From NCBI RefSeq assembly GCF_964213995.1, contig NW_027591321.1, forward strand, positions 1-64,000: 64,000 nt of DNA, read 5' to 3'. Position 1 is the stretch's first letter, and each line of letters begins with the position of its first letter. Made by a program: the position numbers and the translations under genes. The DNA is from Mustelus asterias. Taxonomy: Eukaryota. Shown piece by piece: positions 58,616 through 64,000 of the stretch. The notes below the pieces were generated by a model. It searched no databases. It worked only from the letters and a program-made list of their open reading frames with translations, and was not told the origin of the DNA.

Positions 58616-59921
58616 CTCCTGAATATGTTAGGGCCAAGATGTTTTAATCTCTTGGAACCGAGGGATATGGGGAGCGTGCTGGGAAGTGGAGTTCAGACAG
58701 AAGGTCAGCCATGATTATGTTGAGTGGTGGGAGCAGGTTCGAAGGACCGAATGGTCTACTCCTATTTCTTATGTCCTCAATTTATCTTTTTGCACAGCGA
58801 TGCTGAGATCTGCAATAGTAACTTTTAAAAAGGGAATCGGGTAAATACTTGAAGGGGGGGAGAATAGCGCTATGGGGTAGGAGTAGGGTGGGTGGTGTTA
58901 ACACCGGTAATAGTATACGGTGAAGGAATCTGAAGCTTGACTTTACCTGAAGCTAATTTATTCTCAGAATCATAGAAACATAGAAACCCTACAGTGCAGA
59001 AGGAGGCCATTCGGCCCATCGAGTCTGCACCGACCACAATCCCACCCAGGCCCTACCCCCACATATTTACCCGCTAATCCCTCTAACCTACGCATCTCAG
59101 GCCTCTAAGGGGCAATTTTTTTTTTTTTAACCTGGCCAATCAACCTAACCCGCACATCTTTGGACAGATGTGGACATCTTTGCACTTCCTATTCCCCCTC
59201 CCAGCCCCAACTGTTCAGCTGTGTCCATCTATCGTTAAGCCAATGATCATCACCCGTCTTTAGCAATGGGGAGGAGGGGGTATTATCACTCGATTAGTAA
59301 TCCAGAAACCCAGGGTGATGCTCTGGGGAACCAGGTTCAACTCTCACCACAGCAGATGGTGAAATTTGAATTCAATTTTTCAAAAAAAAAAACCCTGGAA
59401 TTAAAAGTCTAATGGTGACCACGAAACCATTGTCGATTGGTGTAAAATGGGTATAGAGGGGAATGCGGGCAATTGGGACTAGCTTAGGGTTTTTTTTAAA
59501 AAAAGGGCAGCATGGACAAGTTGGGCCGAAGGGCCTGCTTCCGTGCTGTAAACCTCTCTGACTCTAAAAACCCATCTGGTTCACTGATGTCCCTTTAGGG
59601 AAGGAAATCTGCCGTCCTTACCTGGTCTGGCCTACACGTGACTCCAGAGCCACAACGATGTGGTTGCCTCTTAAATGCCCGCAGAGAGGGGCCATAAATG
59701 TTGGCCCAGCCAGTGACGCCCACATCCCATGAATGAATTTTTAAAAAATTGGCTTAGCAATGTAATTGCCAAATGATGCAATTGTTAATACGTTGGCATA
59801 AAAAGTTCAGCATGGGAAAGATGGTCCGAATAGCCTCCTCCTGTGCTGTTTCATTCCAAGGTTCGACAGATACCCAGAGTGAGTGGGATGTGGCTGAAAT
59901 CTGTATTTCCAAACTTTATAC

Positions 59922-60008
59922 TCGCCCGATGAAGGAGCAGCGCTCCGAAAGCTCGTGATTCCAAATAAACCTATTGGATTTTAACCTGGTGTTGTGAGAC
60001 TTCTTACT
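59922..60008 (+). mobile_element. Penelope-like terminus fragment, family A
   Basis: CCGATGAAGGAGCAGCGCTCCGAAAGCTCGTG...CCAAATAAACC...TTAACCTGGTGTTGTGAGACTTCTTAC. Confidence 0.7.
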
Positions 60009-60024
60009 TGTAATCATTTGGATG

Positions 60025-60345
60025 AGGTGATGGCCTAGTGGTATTATCGCTAGACTATTAATCCAGAAACTCAGCTAATGTTCTGGGGGACCCGGGTTCG
60101 AATCCCGCCACGGCAGATGGTGGAATTTGAATTCAATAAAAAAAATCTGGAATTAAGAATCTACTGATGACCCATTGTCGGAAAAACCCATCTGGTTCAC
60201 TAATGCCCCTTTAGGGAAGGAAATCTGCCATCCTTACCTGGTCTGGCCTACATGTGACTCCAGAGCCACTGCCCTTGGGCAACTAGGGATGGGCAATAAA
60301 TGCTGGTCAGCCAGCGACGCCCATGTCCCACGAATGAATAAAAAA
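60025..60345 (+). mobile_element. Second tRNA-derived SINE family (tail ...GGGCAATAAATGCTGG...CCCACGAATGAATAAAAAA)
   Basis: A box TGGCCTAGTGG, B box GGTTCGAATCCC; copies at about 5470-5795, 11715-11995, 59270-59748; tail shared with LINE-like fragments 5160-5380 and 7175-7505. Confidence 0.75.
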
Positions 60346-61664
60346 TTTACCACACAAATCACGTAGTCTGTACCGCAAATCTATGAAGAAAGACGAAGAT
60401 TTATTTGCAATGTTTAATCTCCAGCAACAGAAAGTACTCGAGGCGCAGTATCTGCAGACTTGTTGCCTTTGCACAAGCTCACCCGAGAGCGTGGTACAGC
60501 GGTTAGCACTGCTGCCTCACAGCGCCAGGGACCCGGGTTCGATTCCCGGCTTGGGTCACTGTCTGTGCGGAGTCTGCACGTTCTCCCCGTGTCTGCGTGG
60601 GTTTCCTCCGGGTGACCCGGTTTCCTCCCACAGTCCGAAAGACGTGCTGGTTGGGGTACATCGGCCATGCTAAATTCTCCCTCCGTGTATCCGAACAAGC
60701 GCCGGAGTGTGGCGGCTGGGGGATTTTCACAGTAACTTCATTGCAGTGTTAATGTAAGCCTACTTGTGACCCCAATAAATAAACTTTAAACCTGTCCTGG
60801 TCCCTCCATACTGGCGCGACAGGTTAAGAAAGCCCACCAACGCCTATTACTTTTTCACAGTAACTTCATTGCAGTGTGAATGTAAGCCTACTTGTGACCC
60901 CAATAAATAAACTTTAAACCTGTCCTGGTCCCTCCATACTGGCGCGACAGGTTAAGAAAGCCCACCAACGCCTATTACTTTTTCACAGTAACTTCATTGC
61001 AGTGTAAGCCTACTTGTGACACTAACAAATAAACTTTAAAAAACAGTGTTTACTTCATGTGAACATAGACTTTCAGGTTTGAGGTGGGCAAACACGCACA
61101 CTTTCACACAGAATGAGCCGCTATGGTGTTGTTGTTAAACAGCGAATGCTATAAATCTGCACCAACGATGTCACAGGTTGGCTTCAAATACCTCCAGAAG
61201 AAAGTCGCACGTCGAGCACTCGCCTCTTACACTCCAGCTGCTGTTTGGTTGCAAACCTTTGCTAAAGTCGCAGCCACCGACCTAAGGCCTGAAATTTCCA
61301 AACAGTTAGAATTGGCCCCCTGTGGCGACGGAGACGAAAGTAATGGCCAAGATTTTAGTGTCCCGCCCACCACGGGAATCGGAGCGGGCGAGGGGCGGAC
61401 AATGGGCAGGTGCGTTAACCTCGGGCGGGATTTTACAATTTTGGGACGAGCGAGGCTGTAAATGTTTCAGTCTGATGACCTTAGAGTCTCAGAATGGTCG
61501 CAGCGCAGAAGGAGCCCGTTCTGCTGGTGATTGTCTGAGCTGCTGTCTCCCTGAAGGAGACAATTCACCCTCCAGCTTCTGCCCCGTAACCCTGAGCATT
61601 CTTCCTTTTCAGATAACAGTCCAACTCCCTCCTAAGATCCCTGACTGAATCTGCCTCCACCACA

Positions 61665-62718
61665 CAGTCCCTGTCAAATACTGACACAGGAACCCTGTCA
61701 AATACTGACACAGGAACCCTGTCAAATACTGACACAGGAACCCTGACAAATACTGACACAGGAACCCTGTCAAATACTGACACAGGAACCCTGTCAAATA
61801 CTGACACAGGAACCCTGACAAATACTGACACAGGAACCCTGTCAAATACTGACACAGGAACCCTGACAAATACTGACACAGGAACCCTGACAAATACTGA
61901 CACAGGAACCCTGTCAAATACTGACACAGGAACCCTGTCAAATACTGACACAGGAACCCTGACAAATACTGACACAGGAACCCTGTCAAATACTGACACA
62001 GGAACCCTGACAAATACTGACACAGGAACCCTGACAAATACTGACACAGGAACCCTGTCAAATACTGACACAGGAACCCTGTCAAATACTGACACAGGAA
62101 CCCTGACAAATACTGACACAGGAACCCTGTCAAATACTGACACAGGAACCCTGTCAAATACTGACACAGGAACCCTGACAAATACTGACACAGGAACCCT
62201 GACAAATACTGACACAGGAACCCTGACAAATACTGACACACAGTCCCTGTCAAATACTGACACAGGAACCCTGACAAATACTGACACAGGAACCCTGACA
62301 AATACTGACACAGGAACCCTGTCAAATACTGACACAGGAACCCTGTCAAATACTGACACAGGAACCCTGACAAATACTGACACACAGACCCTGTCAGATA
62401 CTGACACACTGACCCTGACAAATACTGACACAGGAACCCTGTCAAATACTGACACACAGACCCTGTCAAATACTGACACACACACCCTGACAGATACTGA
62501 CACAGGAGCCCTGACAAATACTGACACAGGAACCCTGACAAATGCTGACACACAGACCCTGTCAAATACTGACACAGGAACCCTGTCAAATACTGAGACA
62601 GGAGCCCTGTCAAATACTGACACAGGAACCCTGACAAATACTGACACGGGAACCCTGACAAATACTGACACAGGAACCCTGTCAAATACTGACACAGGAA
62701 CCCTGACAAATACTGACA
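61665..62718. repeat. 24-bp minisatellite (CCCTGWCAAATACTGACACAGGAA), about 44 copies
   Basis: Direct tandem repeats. Confidence 0.97.
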
Positions 62719-63545
62719 GAGTCTGGAGACCCTCTCATTTACTGGCACATCTCTGGAAGCCCCATAATTAGTGGCCTATTTCTAGGGATCCACTCAGACA
62801 ATGACACACTCGCCGTGATCCTGCAACTTTTAAATAGTTGGTGCCAGTGTCTCAGAGAAAAATGTACTTTGATGACTGTCAGTAGCTGTAGATATAAAAC
62901 ACAGGTAAATCAACCAGTTGTATGTTACACCATGCCAGCTGTCTCTGGTGTGTGGGCGAGACAGAATGTAAACAGGAGTCAGATTTAGCCTTGGTGACAC
63001 ATTTAGACTTTGTGTCACATTTTTGCAGTCATCTGAGTGGCACATGATGCAGACCTCAATTCAGCATCGAGAAAGCAAGTTTCGCAGGTGACCTTCCAGC
63101 TCCACAAGCCAATATCTGTGTTCCCGTTTCCCGCCCCCAGAACTGCCGCCCACTGCAGCATCAGCTGCTCCGCTCGTGATCTGCTGCTGTGGGAGGAGGA
63201 CGGGAATTTGGCTCGACCCTCCAATCCCCCCCCCTCCTCTCCCCGCTGTGGGCTGCCAGTGAGGGAGGAGTCACTCGCAGAAGTGCTGCAAGAACCCGGA
63301 GTCCCAAGCACCTCTAGAGGGAGATCTCCTCACATGGGTGGGCCAGCGATGGGAAGGATTGCTGCCTCCTCTTCCCCCTTCCTTCATTCTCCAGTGACAC
63401 TGGCTCTTGGCAATGTCCGGCCCAGAAAGCACCACGGGCCACTGGGTGTCTGCGCCACCCGAGTGCTCCCTCTTTCTTCATATTGCACCAATGACGACAC
63501 TTATTCATTCTTTCATGGGTGTCACTCTCTGCAACACACCTTCGA

Positions 63546-63748
63546 AGTAAGAAGTCCCACAACACCAGGTTAAAGTCTCAACAGGTTTATTTGGTAGCAC
63601 GAGCTTTCGGAGTGTCACTCCTTCTTCAGGTGATGAAGGAGCGGCGCTCCGAAAGCTCGTGCTACCAAATAAACCTGTTGGACTTTAACCTGGTGTTGTG
63701 GGACTTCTTACTGTGCCCACCACAGTCCAACGCCGGCATCTCCACATC
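63546..63748. mobile_element. Penelope-like palindromic insert, family A
   Basis: Inverted arms plus tail; minus-strand hammerhead motif 63598-63632 with stem II GGAGT/ACTCC. Confidence 0.78.
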
Positions 63749-64000
63749 TTTGGGGGCATAAGCCCCTTCACCAAAGTCCTTTTACTTAGGGCACGGTGGC
63801 ACAGTGGTTGGCACTGCTGCCTCACAGCTCCAGGGACCCGGGTTCGATTCCCAGCTTGGGTGACTCTCTGTGCAGAGTTTGCACGTTCTCCCCGTGTCTG
63901 TGTGGGTTTCCTCCGGGTGCTCCGGTTTCCTCCAACAGCCCAAAGATGTGCGGGTTAGGTGGATTGGCCGTGCTAAATTGCCCCTTAGGGTTAGAGGGAC

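Noticed and set aside
61565-62748. 376/379-aa repetitive ORFs or a CRISPR-like array
   Set aside because: Head-to-tail 24-bp repeat without unique spacers, no cas genes, vertebrate context

Overview
Eukaryotic, repeat-rich vertebrate DNA, almost certainly from a shark or ray (HE1-type V-SINEs, HER1/CR1 LINEs). Four protein-coding genes can be assembled with frame-consistent GT-AG splice sites: the last 10 coding exons of CCDC61 (+, 1-19038); OPA3 (-, 2 exons, 28316-30165); a 2-exon, highly divergent SLC30A1/ZnT1-like gene (+, 35141-41416); and MRPL28 (+, 5 coding exons, 46377-56007). Most other ORFs in the track are artefacts of SINE/LINE copies and minisatellites. Main observations: (1) the ZnT1-like ORF is intact, but three of the four transmembrane zinc ligands and most TM acidic residues are gone while the cytosolic metal-binding domain is kept, suggesting a pseudo-transporter; (2) at least two, probably three, families of Penelope-like termini carry minimal hammerhead-ribozyme motifs, several as short palindromic inserts with 11-15 bp target-site duplications; (3) an intron-containing tRNA-Arg(TCG) pseudogene; (4) a 28S rRNA fragment inside a CR1 copy; (5) two solo LTRs with TSDs; (6) a V-SINE present with two alternative 3' tails (CR1-type and apparently Rex1-type). 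Family and gene names come from recalled sequence similarity, not database searches.
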